A DNA stretch of 64,000 nucleotides from Parcubacteria group bacterium CG1_02_58_44 (GTDB lineage: Bacteria > Patescibacteriota > Patescibacteriia > SG8-24). The notes below the pieces were generated by a model. The model searched no databases and was not told where the DNA came from. It was given only the letters and a program-made list of their open reading frames with translations. The stretch spans positions 218 through 64,217 of the forward strand of contig MNWN01000041.1 in assembly GCA_001872545.1 (NCBI GenBank). The letters run 5' to 3'. The position numbers and the translations under genes are program-made. This document shows, piece by piece, positions 27,514-36,543 of the stretch (position 1 is the first letter of the stretch; each line of letters opens with the position of its first letter).

Positions 27514-28143
27514 CTACTTGCACTCCCCGGACAAATCTCCAAGACAACGCCAGTTGGCTTCCGTACCGTTCAGAAAGATCTTGTAGTCAGGACTGTACTG
27601 TCTGACGGTAGCCTCGATCTGCTCCTTGATGCGCGGGTCGGCACAGGTGCCGGGCGAGTTCGCCTCGCCGCTGATCCAAACTTCAGTCGTAGCTCCATTC
27701 TCGCCGCTCTGCTGAACCTTGTCGAGTTTGAAGGTCGACTCCCATAACGAGTTGATCAGGTTACCGTAGGCCGGTTCCTTGGACGCCAACAAGGTGCTGA
27801 TCGCGTCGGCCACCACATCATCCGTAGCCATCTCGCGGGTCACGCGAACGTAGCCGATACGGTCCAAACAGCCGAAGGTTTCGTCCGAAAGCCGCTCGAC
27901 TCCCTCGGCCGGCGCCTCCTGGCCTTCGGTCAGCACCACCGCGATCGGCAACAGATTGGAGGTCAGATCGTTCTGACGACGGGCCAAGATAACCTCCTCG
28001 GCGGACAGTTCCTGAGCCGACTGCAATGCATCGACATCATTGGAGACCTGATCGAGCGGAGTCGGCTGGATCTTAGGGTTGCAGCCCCAGCCGGCCAAGA
28101 GCAAGGCGGCCAGGCCGACGATTGCGAATCTTTTGGTGTTCAT
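27514..28143 (-). CDS. hypothetical secreted protein or lipoprotein
   Basis: N-terminal MNTKRFAIVGLAALLLAGWGC signal-like segment (non-canonical lipobox) and Cys-containing C-terminus; no recognisable family. Confidence 0.45.
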   Translation of the reverse strand: MNTKRFAIVGLAALLLAGWGCNPKIQPTPLDQVSNDVDALQSAQELSAEEVILARRQNDLTSNLLPIAVVLTEGQEAPAEGVERLSDETFGCLDRIGYVRVTREMATDDVVADAISTLLASKEPAYGNLINSLWESTFKLDKVQQSGENGATTEVWISGEANSPGTCADPRIKEQIEATVRQYSPDYKIFLNGTEANWRCLGDLSGECK

Positions 28144-28281
28144 AAAATTGAGTCTTGAGGGGGTTCAATTAGATGCTTAACCCTCAAACCTTAGCCTAAA
28201 CCGCTTCCACCGGCAATGCCCGACTCAATCAGCCTGCCATAACGAAAAAGACCACGGAAGGGGCCGAGAGAGAAGTCGAAC

Positions 28282-28587
28282 TTATGGAAAATCGGGCCAT
28301 TCGTTCGATTTACGAACGAGCAAGGACAAGACCCCCAGAACCAAAAAAATGGTCAGCGGAAAAACCGCCGAAATGCTATGGGAAGCCAGGACGTGCATCA
28401 GGTTGACCAGCGCCGCCAACAAGCAACACACGCCACTCCACAAAAAGAAGGCCAAAAGTTTCCTCCCATTCCACGGATGCCCCCTGGACGGCTTCGCCGC
28501 CACAATCAAGATCAGCGGCACTAAAAACAGCACTGCTGGGGCGTAAGGATAGAGAAAGCCGTCGACTGTGACAAAAAAAGAACTCAT
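28282..28587 (-). CDS. small 3-TM membrane protein (hypothetical)
   Basis: Probable start is MSSFFVTVDGFLYPYAPAVLFLVPLILIV... at about 28587; the ORF-track N-terminal extension overlaps mnmA and is probably not translated. Confidence 0.35.
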   Translation of the reverse strand: MSSFFVTVDGFLYPYAPAVLFLVPLILIVAAKPSRGHPWNGRKLLAFFLWSGVCCLLAALVNLMHVLASHSISAVFPLTIFLVLGVLSLLVRKSNEWPDFP

Positions 28588-28676
28588 GACCGACCTCCAT
28601 CTTCTTAAAAGAAGAAAGAACCACGAATTACTAAAACGTATTTTAATGCACCTGTCAACCCTGAACGAAACTCTTT

Positions 28677-29768
28677 TCAATGGATCGCTCGAACAATCTT
28701 TCCTCCCCCCAGACATTCTTCGCCACTGTAAAAAACCACGAACTGACCCGGCGCCACGGCCCGTTGGGGCTGGGCGAATGAGACTATTACCTGTCTGCTT
28801 TCTGCACACTCGGTCACAAGGCAATTCTGAAGCGGCTGGCGATAACGGATCCTGGCTCGGCAACTGAACGGTAGGTTCGGACGGCATCCAGCCACCCAAC
28901 GCAGATCATCAGCCATGAGTCCGGTTGAATACAGTTCGGCCGGATCCTCACCCTCCGCGACCACCAACGTGTTCCTGGCCGGATCCTTCTCGATCACGAA
29001 ATACGGCCGACCGTCGCCCAATCCCAATCCATGCCGCTGACCGATAGTAAACGGTTCGATGCCGCCGTGTCTGCCCAAAACTCGTCCGTCCACGGTCACG
29101 ATCGGACCGGTTCTTCCCGGCAGACGACCAGTGAGAAACTTCGCCATGTTCACCTCACCGACGAAGCACAGTCCGACGCTATCCTTCTTGTCCGCCACCG
29201 GCAGGCCAAACTCGCGCGCCAACGCCCGCACTTGCGGCTTGTCCAGGTTGCCGATCGGAAACTCAATCCGCAACAGCTGATCCTGCGAAAGCCTGTGCAA
29301 AAAGTAGGACTGATCTTTGTTGCCGTCCGCACCGGCCAACAGACGTAGCCCGCCCTCTGTCCGATCCAATCGAGCGTAATGGCCGGTTGCCACGACCTCG
29401 GCGCCGGAGTCGAGCGCTCGACGCAAAAACGGACCGAACTTGACCCGATCGTTACACAACACGTCCGGATTCGGCGTACGGCCGGCGGCATACTCGGCCA
29501 GCATGTGCTCGTAGACTTCCTGCCGATAGTCCCGCTCGAAATCCCAAGTCTCGAACGGAACGCCCAAAAGTTCGGCCACGGCCGCTGCATCTTCGCGTTC
29601 CCTGCGCCAACCGCAAGTCTCCCCGGAGCCGTCGGTCTCTCCGGTCCAGTTGCGCATGAAGACGCCGCGGACGTCATGTCCATCCCGAACCAAAAGTGCA
29701 GCGACCACGCTCGAGTCGACGCCGCCGGACATGCCGACCACGATCTTCTTTCTTTTTGCTTCTGCCAT
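28677..29768 (-). CDS. mnmA: tRNA-specific 2-thiouridylase MnmA
   Basis: MAEAKRKKIVVGMSGGVDSSVVAALL (PP-loop SGGxDS)...; the start is at about 29768, and the upstream 121 codons in the ORF track are not conserved. Confidence 0.9.
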   Translation of the reverse strand: MAEAKRKKIVVGMSGGVDSSVVAALLVRDGHDVRGVFMRNWTGETDGSGETCGWRREREDAAAVAELLGVPFETWDFERDYRQEVYEHMLAEYAAGRTPNPDVLCNDRVKFGPFLRRALDSGAEVVATGHYARLDRTEGGLRLLAGADGNKDQSYFLHRLSQDQLLRIEFPIGNLDKPQVRALAREFGLPVADKKDSVGLCFVGEVNMAKFLTGRLPGRTGPIVTVDGRVLGRHGGIEPFTIGQRHGLGLGDGRPYFVIEKDPARNTLVVAEGEDPAELYSTGLMADDLRWVAGCRPNLPFSCRARIRYRQPLQNCLVTECAESRQVIVSFAQPQRAVAPGQFVVFYSGEECLGGGKIVRAIH

Positions 29769-29835
29769 AACGGGACAGGCTAGCACGTGACAGACGACGA
29801 AACAAGGGACACGACTTTTCCCGATTCGACCGCAC

Positions 29836-31209
29836 TCACAGAAAGCGACTCTGCTTGCCGCCGGACATGCCGACCCTGATCGGCCAGCCCAGCTCGTCCA
29901 TGGCCCGCTGGGCTGCCAGTGCGTTCTCGCACAGGACGTAAAGACCGGACAGATCGATGATCTCGTTGTACTTATTGAGCAACTCGGAGTAGCGCTCCAT
30001 CGGCTCAAAGGCAATCCGTCCGAACATCTTACGCCGAACCAGCAGTCCGCTGCCGCCGCCGAACGATCCCCCGCTGGATGACAGGTACTGACGCGAATCG
30101 ATTCGGAAGAAAGGCACGCTCCGACGTTCAAGTACCTTCACCAAGCGTGACATGATAGCCCGATCCTCCTCGTTGCCGTTGGAGGCCCGAAAGAGACTCC
30201 TGGCCGGAATGCGGGTGACCAGTCGTCTCGACCAGCCGTCTACCCTCTCGGCCGCCGAATACAGTGCCTCGGTCACCGTACTGTCCCTCAGTCGGACGAA
30301 ACTGGCCGCATCCGTCGGTATGGTCAGGCTTATCTCCCCCTCAGCCACGGCCCGCTCCAGAAAACGGTCGAATCCAAGGGCAGTCTTGTGAAGATAGACC
30401 TGCAGGAACATGTGGTACCTGGCCAGCAGGAAGTCCTCGAAGGCCCGGACTGCCGTCGAATCCACGGTCGGCAACAGTATCCCGCCGCTCTCGGTCACGC
30501 CGAGATTTCCGATCAGGTGATCCATGTCGAAGGTGCCGTAGGCGACGCCGGTAAAGTGGGCGTCCCTCAGCAGGTAATCCATTCGATCGCAGTCCAGCTC
30601 GCCGGAGATGAGCGAACTCAGCAGCCGGTGGATGCCGACCTGTCCGCTGTCCGTCCCGCCGTAGCGCTTCTCCCAGGACGGGGACGGAGACACGCCGTAA
30701 TGCACCAGCGAAGCGATGTCCTGCGCCTCATCAGGCGGCAGCGGTGAGCTATCGCCTTCGGACATGGCACCGATGAGCAGGACGCTGTAATCCTCGTGCT
30801 TGGCCCGACGTTCGGGATCAAGTTCGCCGAACCAGCCGTCCGGCAGTTCGAGCTCCCCGACCTTGGGCATGAGACTTTCTGCCATATGCGAAAATGGCGG
30901 ATGGCCGATGTCGTGCAGCAGACCGGCTAACCGCAGCAGGCGGTGGAAATACTCCAGGTCGAAGTCCTCGAAGTGACGACGAAGAACGTCACCGCTGGTC
31001 TCCATGATGCGCTCCCAGACCCGGCTCACGACGCACATCGCTCCAAGACAATGCGAAAACCGGTCATGCGTGGCCCCGGGATAGACCAGGGAGACCAATC
31101 CCAGCTGACGCACATGCCGAAGCCGCTGGACGAAAGGATGGTCAACCACCGCCCGTTCCCGTGCGGTAAAGCTGACCGTACCGTGAATGGGGTCCCTTAT
31201 CTCATGCAT
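29836..31209 (-). CDS. HD-domain phosphohydrolase (dGTPase-like)
   Basis: RFSHCLGAMCV...LLHDIGHPPFSH metal-binding HD motifs; probable start MHEIRDPIHG at about 31209. Confidence 0.75.
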   Translation of the reverse strand: MHEIRDPIHGTVSFTARERAVVDHPFVQRLRHVRQLGLVSLVYPGATHDRFSHCLGAMCVVSRVWERIMETSGDVLRRHFEDFDLEYFHRLLRLAGLLHDIGHPPFSHMAESLMPKVGELELPDGWFGELDPERRAKHEDYSVLLIGAMSEGDSSPLPPDEAQDIASLVHYGVSPSPSWEKRYGGTDSGQVGIHRLLSSLISGELDCDRMDYLLRDAHFTGVAYGTFDMDHLIGNLGVTESGGILLPTVDSTAVRAFEDFLLARYHMFLQVYLHKTALGFDRFLERAVAEGEISLTIPTDAASFVRLRDSTVTEALYSAAERVDGWSRRLVTRIPARSLFRASNGNEEDRAIMSRLVKVLERRSVPFFRIDSRQYLSSSGGSFGGGSGLLVRRKMFGRIAFEPMERYSELLNKYNEIIDLSGLYVLCENALAAQRAMDELGWPIRVGMSGGKQSRFL

Positions 31210-31372
31210 ACTCACGCCGATCTGATGCGGCCGTCCAGCCGACGGCCGTTCCAGCTCCAACCCTAGCAGGTCGACGATCCGCTTTCCAGGCAGCCAAAAA
31301 GCCCCGGCTGCCGGCCGGAGCTTCGCTACGTAGTTATCTTCGTCGAATCGGGGACTGGAACGGCGTCAACCC

Positions 31373-33505
31373 TCAGAACTTGACCGTCTGACCCGGATCA
31401 AGCGGCTTAGGTCCGTCGGACGTCCCCTTCTGGTCCGGCCGGCCGCTGTCCGATTCCGACTTCGGTTTCGATCCTGGTTTCGTCTGATCGACGGCAGGGG
31501 TCGACCTGTCGACCTTTGGACTGCCTTTCCCATCGCCGTGCGGCTTCAACGCCGACAACGACAGTCCGGCCACGTCGTCTTTTCCTGGTTCCTCTCGTTC
31601 GCCGGATGCAGGCTTCGTCACTGCGGTCGGCTTGTTCGGTCGATGTTCTCCGATCTTGACCGAACTTCCTCCATCATCACGCCTGACGACCTTCGGCCTG
31701 GCCGGCGCCGGTCTGAGTTGACTGGCCACCTTACGTTCAACTGTCCGTTCTGCTGTCCGTTCGGCAGGAATCGGAACAGCCTTAGCGGAAACAGCCGAAG
31801 CTGTCGCAACGGAATCAGCAGGAGTAGCGGGAGTGACGGGAGCAGCCGATGCGGAATTCACTGGCGAACTGGCCTGAACCTCGACCGGCTTCTGGGAAGT
31901 CGGAGTCAAGACCTTAGCCGGAGCCGGAAGAGGCGTCTTGCCGCGCATGTCCAAATGGTTCTTGCAGTACCATGGCTTGTTCCAGTCCGGCTCGAAGGTC
32001 AAGGACTGCATCTCGCCGCAGACGATGCATGGAATCTGAAAGTTGGCTTCCTTCTTCTTCTTGGACTCCGGCCTCGAAACCTCCTTCACCGCCGGAGACG
32101 TCTCCTGCAGCTGCTTAAGGTCATCGGGACTGACGCCGATCTCCTTGGCCGCGGACAAGATGTCGTTCTCCGCATCGTTCTCCTGATCCTCACCAGGTGC
32201 CAGCCCGCTCCAACGGACCACCTTATCCTCGATCGTGGACCGACGTCGCGAATACCTCTCCCGCGAGACCCTGATCACCTTCTCCATGTTGCCGGTACGG
32301 TTCCCGATCGGCGGGAGGGTCGAGGCGGAGAACGGCTCGGAGGCAGCTCCGTCGATCATCAGCTTAAGGTAAATGTCGTGCTTCCTGAGATTGACCAGGT
32401 CCTCCGGCGTAAAAGTCGGCATGAACTCCTGTTCCATGAAGGTCGCGTCGGCCGCACCGACCCGAAAGGCGACGATCGAGCCGACGTTGCCGAACACGGC
32501 CGCCCTGATCTCCTCCTCCATCTGCTCGATATACTGGTGCGCGATCATCAGGTTCAGTCGGTACTTGCGCGCCTCGGACAGAATGCTGGCGAATGACTCG
32601 TTGGCGAAGTTCTGAAACTCATCGACATAGAGGTAGAAGTCCTGCCGTTCCTTCTCCGGCGTGTCGACCCGCTCCATGACCGTCATCTGCAGCTTGGTGA
32701 TGATCATGCCGCCCAGCAGACGCATGTTCTCCTCCCCGATCAGCCCCTTGGACAGGTTGACCAGAAAGATCTTGCGCGTGTCCATGATGTCGCGCATGTC
32801 GATGGTCGACTTCACCTGAGCGACGACGTTGCGGATGATTCTCGACGACAGGAACTGTCCGACCTTGTTCTGCACCGGGGCGATCGCCTCGGTCCGGTAC
32901 TTGTCCTGCCAGGACATGAACTCCTTGACCCAGAAGGTCTTGACAACCGGATCCTGAATCAGCGAAATGACGCGCCGGCGGTACTCGTCGTCGACCAGAA
33001 TGCGGGTGATGCCCAGTAGGGACGAGCCGGGCGCATCGAGAAGCGCCAAGATGGTGTTCATCAGGATGTACTCCATGCGCGGCGACCAGACGTCCGGCCA
33101 GATCTTCTTGAACACTCCCATCAGTCCGGAGGCGATCAGGTGCTTCATCCGATCGTCCTTGACCTCGAAGATGTTGAAGCCGATCGGGTTCTCGACATCG
33201 CTCGGGTTGAAGTAGACCACGTCGTTGATGCGGTTCGCCGGTATGAAGTCGAGCATGGTCTGCGCCGTATCGCCATGCGGGTCGATATAGCACAGTCCGT
33301 GCCCGGCATGGATGTCTGACAGCACGAAATTCTCGATCAGGGTCGTCTTGCCCATGCCGGTCTTTCCTATGATGTAGACGTGCTTCCGCCGGTCATCGGT
33401 CCTGATGCCGAACTTCCGCTCCTGACTGCGGTAGTTGGTCTTGGCGAAGACGGTTATCTCGTTCTCGTGATCGTGGTCGTAGGGCTGTGGCGTGACTCCT
33501 GGCAT
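31373..33505 (-). CDS. VirD4/TraG/TraD-like type-IV coupling-protein ATPase with no N-terminal TM anchor, plus a C-terminal Cys cluster and about 200 aa of P/A/S/T/K-rich disordered tail
   Basis: The Walker A is HVYIIGKTGMGKTTLI. The Walker B is FYLYVDEFQNF. A TraG-D_C-like region (ARKYRLNLMIAHQYIEQM) follows. The Cys cluster is CIVCGEMQSLTFEPDWNKPWYCKNH. The final about 200 aa are low-complexity. Confidence 0.75.
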   Translation of the reverse strand: MPGVTPQPYDHDHENEITVFAKTNYRSQERKFGIRTDDRRKHVYIIGKTGMGKTTLIENFVLSDIHAGHGLCYIDPHGDTAQTMLDFIPANRINDVVYFNPSDVENPIGFNIFEVKDDRMKHLIASGLMGVFKKIWPDVWSPRMEYILMNTILALLDAPGSSLLGITRILVDDEYRRRVISLIQDPVVKTFWVKEFMSWQDKYRTEAIAPVQNKVGQFLSSRIIRNVVAQVKSTIDMRDIMDTRKIFLVNLSKGLIGEENMRLLGGMIITKLQMTVMERVDTPEKERQDFYLYVDEFQNFANESFASILSEARKYRLNLMIAHQYIEQMEEEIRAAVFGNVGSIVAFRVGAADATFMEQEFMPTFTPEDLVNLRKHDIYLKLMIDGAASEPFSASTLPPIGNRTGNMEKVIRVSRERYSRRRSTIEDKVVRWSGLAPGEDQENDAENDILSAAKEIGVSPDDLKQLQETSPAVKEVSRPESKKKKEANFQIPCIVCGEMQSLTFEPDWNKPWYCKNHLDMRGKTPLPAPAKVLTPTSQKPVEVQASSPVNSASAAPVTPATPADSVATASAVSAKAVPIPAERTAERTVERKVASQLRPAPARPKVVRRDDGGSSVKIGEHRPNKPTAVTKPASGEREEPGKDDVAGLSLSALKPHGDGKGSPKVDRSTPAVDQTKPGSKPKSESDSGRPDQKGTSDGPKPLDPGQTVKF

Positions 33506-33539
33506 AGGGAGGGGTGGAAATTTCGGAAAAAGCCGACGG

Positions 33540-34994
33540 TTAGGCTAGAGGCAAATTGCCGGGCATCGTGCCGGTCCGGCCGTTTTCCTCCTCTTTGGCC
33601 GCCTTCTTGATCGGCTTGAAGAAGTCGGACTGGACCTCACCGACGGTCGGCAGGCTGGACGGCGGCTCGGCGCGCTTGGCGGCCGTCTTCTTCAGGAGCG
33701 GGGTCTTCTGGTCGAGCATCGGGAAATGGTACATGGTAGCCAGCTCCTCGATGTTCAGCACGTAGGGCGGAGCGCCTGCGCCCATGCTGCGGCCGCGATA
33801 TCTGCTGAGCAGCTTGACTTTCTTGCCCTGTTCCGACCAACGCTGATAGAAATAGTCCCCTCTAGGCGTTACCTTCCCGAAAGGCTTCAGCTCGTTCAGG
33901 TTCAGAGACGCGTACTGCATGAAGGTGCCCTTGACCGAGACGAAATGCTTCTTGGAGAAGATGTCGCGCCGGGCGGCATAGACGACCCTGATCTTGGAAT
34001 CGAAGCCGATCTTGGTCATCTTCATCTGTGCCGCCTCGACCACTCCGCGCTCTCCTGGACTCATGGCCAACATCTTGAGGGGGTCGTCCTTCTTGTCTCC
34101 CTTTTCCGAATTGGACGAGCTCATGACGCTGCCGATCTCCTTGACTACGCCCTTAGGCAGCCATAGGGCATCGTCGAGGATCGACTTCTTGGCCGAAGGC
34201 TTTCGGCCGAGCATCTTCTCTATCTCCTTGATCCCCTTGTCCCTCCACTTGTTGTCGTTTGGCCTGATCAGGAACTGGACCCAAAGCTGTTCCCCGTTGC
34301 GCAGGGATCCCATGACCTCGAGCAGGGCCGAAATCGGATCCTTGAACGGAAATTCGGCGGACGTGTGCTCGAACTGCGGATAGGTACGTAGGGGAAGGTG
34401 CGACGGTTTCTTCAGCACGAACTCGCTGCCGAAGACATCCCACTCCGGATCTGGATATCGAGACGGAACAGACCCGGTATAGTCGGCGATCTCGACTATC
34501 TCGGCATCGGGATACTGGGCATAGACGGCCGACTCTACCAGATCACGAAATTTGGTCCAGACATGGACCAAAAACTGCACGTAGCCGTTCACCGACACTA
34601 TCTCGAAGCTGAAGATAGGCTGGCACTTGCCCAACCAGTACTTTTCGAAGCTGTCCAATCCGGAGTAGGCACCGGTGATCGTGCTGAAGATCTGCTCTGC
34701 CGCCTTGGCGGTCTGCTCGTTCTGGCGCGGAACGTCGATGGCCAGCACGCAGGTGGTGATGGTTCTGTCGAACTTGTTCTGCCGCCACTGGACCCAGAGC
34801 ATCCAACAGCCCTTGGCCAGGACCAGAAGAACCGGAATCCATCCACCATCCAAGAAAAGCCGCAGCAGCATCTGCGGAAAGGACAGGTTTCCTATCTCGA
34901 AAAAGTAACCGAAGTCGACGTTCAGGGTCGGCATTGCTTGGTTGAGCAAAAAATTAGGTGCGATGACCGATGCGGTACGGGGCCATGATAGCAT
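33540..34994 (-). CDS. hypothetical membrane protein (N-terminal TM hairpin plus about 450-aa soluble domain), co-operonic with the coupling-ATPase gene
   Basis: ...FPQMLLRLFLDGGWIPVLLVLAKGCWMLWVQW are the TM segments. The start is uncertain: ATG at about 34994 or about 34936, while the ORF-track TTG at 35138 overlaps the upstream gene. The stop lies 35 nt before the ATPase start. Confidence 0.5.
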   Translation of the reverse strand: MLSWPRTASVIAPNFLLNQAMPTLNVDFGYFFEIGNLSFPQMLLRLFLDGGWIPVLLVLAKGCWMLWVQWRQNKFDRTITTCVLAIDVPRQNEQTAKAAEQIFSTITGAYSGLDSFEKYWLGKCQPIFSFEIVSVNGYVQFLVHVWTKFRDLVESAVYAQYPDAEIVEIADYTGSVPSRYPDPEWDVFGSEFVLKKPSHLPLRTYPQFEHTSAEFPFKDPISALLEVMGSLRNGEQLWVQFLIRPNDNKWRDKGIKEIEKMLGRKPSAKKSILDDALWLPKGVVKEIGSVMSSSNSEKGDKKDDPLKMLAMSPGERGVVEAAQMKMTKIGFDSKIRVVYAARRDIFSKKHFVSVKGTFMQYASLNLNELKPFGKVTPRGDYFYQRWSEQGKKVKLLSRYRGRSMGAGAPPYVLNIEELATMYHFPMLDQKTPLLKKTAAKRAEPPSSLPTVGEVQSDFFKPIKKAAKEEENGRTGTMPGNLPLA

Positions 34995-35098
34995 GGCGCC
35001 CTGAGCTTGAAAAGAAATCGAGTCCGAAACCGGAACGGCTTTCCGACAAAAAAGGCCCGCAGGTTGCGGACCGTCAGCGAATCGTAACGAACGAGATT

Positions 35099-35962
35099 TC
35101 AGGCAGCGGCGATCATCCCCCTGAGCCTCAAGACCCAACCTATTATGTCGTCGCAGTTGCCGGTCGCGTCGAACATCCGCAGTTCGACCGTGCCGTGGAC
35201 GCTGATGCGAATCAGGTGATAGCAGTCGCGTGGATTATCGACAAATCCCTGCTCGACGGCCGTCTTGAAGAGCCGGTCTGTCGATCCGTACCTTTGAGGC
35301 CTCCAGTTCTCGGCCATGCGGCAGTAAAGCTCCATCCTCTGTCCGCCGGACAGGTCTCCCAACCGCATAAGCTCGTCCAGATGTCCCACCAGCAGGTCAT
35401 GCAGCCGAATCGCGGATTCTATGTCGGCCACGCCCAGGTGTATGTGGACTCCGGCCACACGACAGGCGGCTTCCAGCATGCCTCGCGGCAACGCGGCGGC
35501 GATCCTTGTATGCCTTTCGTCTGGAAAGACCTCCAGAGTCATGCCCTCGGGAGCCACGCTCATCGCCTCGAGGCTGCCACCCAGAGCCTCAGCCGTTCTG
35601 CTGCCCAATACCAGCCCGCCGAAAAGGTCATTGTTCAGTGCGGACAGGCCGGTCAAAGCGCTCATGTCGTGCGCATCTGTTCGGTGCTCTACCTGACAGG
35701 CCGAAAGCTCATGGGTCCATCCACGATGGGCCGGACCTTCGCCTCTGCCGTCACCGCCGGAGACGGCAGACAGAAAACGTTCGGCCCATGGCACCGGACA
35801 TGCAGTGTCCGCGGAAACGACGGAGGATCCCGGATTCGGCTCCCCTGTTATCGTCGCTGCCGGACCCATCAAAAAGAACTCGCGCTCCACTCCAACCCTA
35901 CCGGCACCTTCAGGCCGAAAGCCGAACCTTCCCAAAAACCTGTCCTTCTCGCTCATGCTCAT
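35099..35962 (-). CDS. GCS2-family carboxylate-amine ligase (YbdK-like glutamate-cysteine-ligase fold)
   Basis: The GVEREFFLMGPAA motif is typical of this family. GGAGG lies 8 nt upstream of the ATG at 35962 (MSMSEKDRF). Confidence 0.55.
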   Translation of the reverse strand: MSMSEKDRFLGRFGFRPEGAGRVGVEREFFLMGPAATITGEPNPGSSVVSADTACPVPWAERFLSAVSGGDGRGEGPAHRGWTHELSACQVEHRTDAHDMSALTGLSALNNDLFGGLVLGSRTAEALGGSLEAMSVAPEGMTLEVFPDERHTRIAAALPRGMLEAACRVAGVHIHLGVADIESAIRLHDLLVGHLDELMRLGDLSGGQRMELYCRMAENWRPQRYGSTDRLFKTAVEQGFVDNPRDCYHLIRISVHGTVELRMFDATGNCDDIIGWVLRLRGMIAAA

Positions 35963-36118
35963 CGGTAACCTCCATTTCCGTTGCCAATCTAAGCATGACA
36001 GCGGGCGAAGATCAAGACAGACTGAGTTTGGATGCTTCCACGTAGAGACCAGACGCGAAGAGTTCTGGACCTTGAAACGTCCCAAAAAAACCTACATTCG
36101 GTCCAGGAGGATCTTTAA

Positions 36119-36190
36119 GATGGCGAAAAAGAAATTCACGCTCATTCCTGAGCCAGAACCGGAAACCACCACACGCCCTGATGAAAGCTA
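36119..36190 (+). CDS. 23-codon ORF with perfect Shine-Dalgarno (AGGAGG, 7-nt spacing): MAKKKFTLIPEPEPETTTRPDES
   Basis: Seen directly; sits in a 450-bp intergenic region. Confidence 0.2.
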
Positions 36191-36230
36191 GCTGAATCGA
36201 TTCCGCGATTGGCTTGCTGCCCAACGAACC

Positions 36231-36461
36231 TTGATTGTCACCGAAACGACGACAAACGAGGTTCAGGATGACACGAGACAAGCTTCGGGTTACAGAACCT
36301 CACCCGTCATCAGTCAAAGGAGAATTACAAGCACCCATCACGCGGTCGAAAAATGGGATTTTGGGCTAAAGCGTAAAATGACACTTCTGGTTCGGTGGGG
36401 GTTCCTGCTGCTGACGCTGGCCGTCATGATCCTGGCCGCAGCCAAGATTATGGACCTCTGA
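36231..36461 (+). CDS. hypothetical small protein with a C-terminal TM helix (may instead be a non-coding transcript)
   Basis: 76-aa ORF ending ...MTLLVRWGFLLLTLAVMILAAAKIMDL; followed by a hairpin plus T-run at 36495-36524. Confidence 0.25.
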   Translation: MIVTETTTNEVQDDTRQASGYRTSPVISQRRITSTHHAVEKWDFGLKRKMTLLVRWGFLLLTLAVMILAAAKIMDL

Positions 36462-36494
36462 TCACCTAGACGGCATTAATCCGACCGCAAACGC

Positions 36495-36524
36495 AAAAGA
36501 CCTGCCTCTCAGCGGGTCTTTTTT
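36495..36524. terminator. hairpin terminator (AAAGACC-12 nt-GGTCTTTTT), usable from both strands
   Basis: Seen in sequence between the small plus-strand ORF and the 3' end of secF. Confidence 0.45.
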
Positions 36525-36543
36525 CGAAGGCTGGCTCGAATTT

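Noticed and set aside
29836-31209. HD-domain dGTPase-like gene, with the nearby deaminase, as a dNTP-depletion antiphage system
   Set aside because: The HD gene sits in a housekeeping context next to mnmA and is 12 kb from the deaminase. Nothing in the sequence distinguishes it from an ordinary HD phosphohydrolase.
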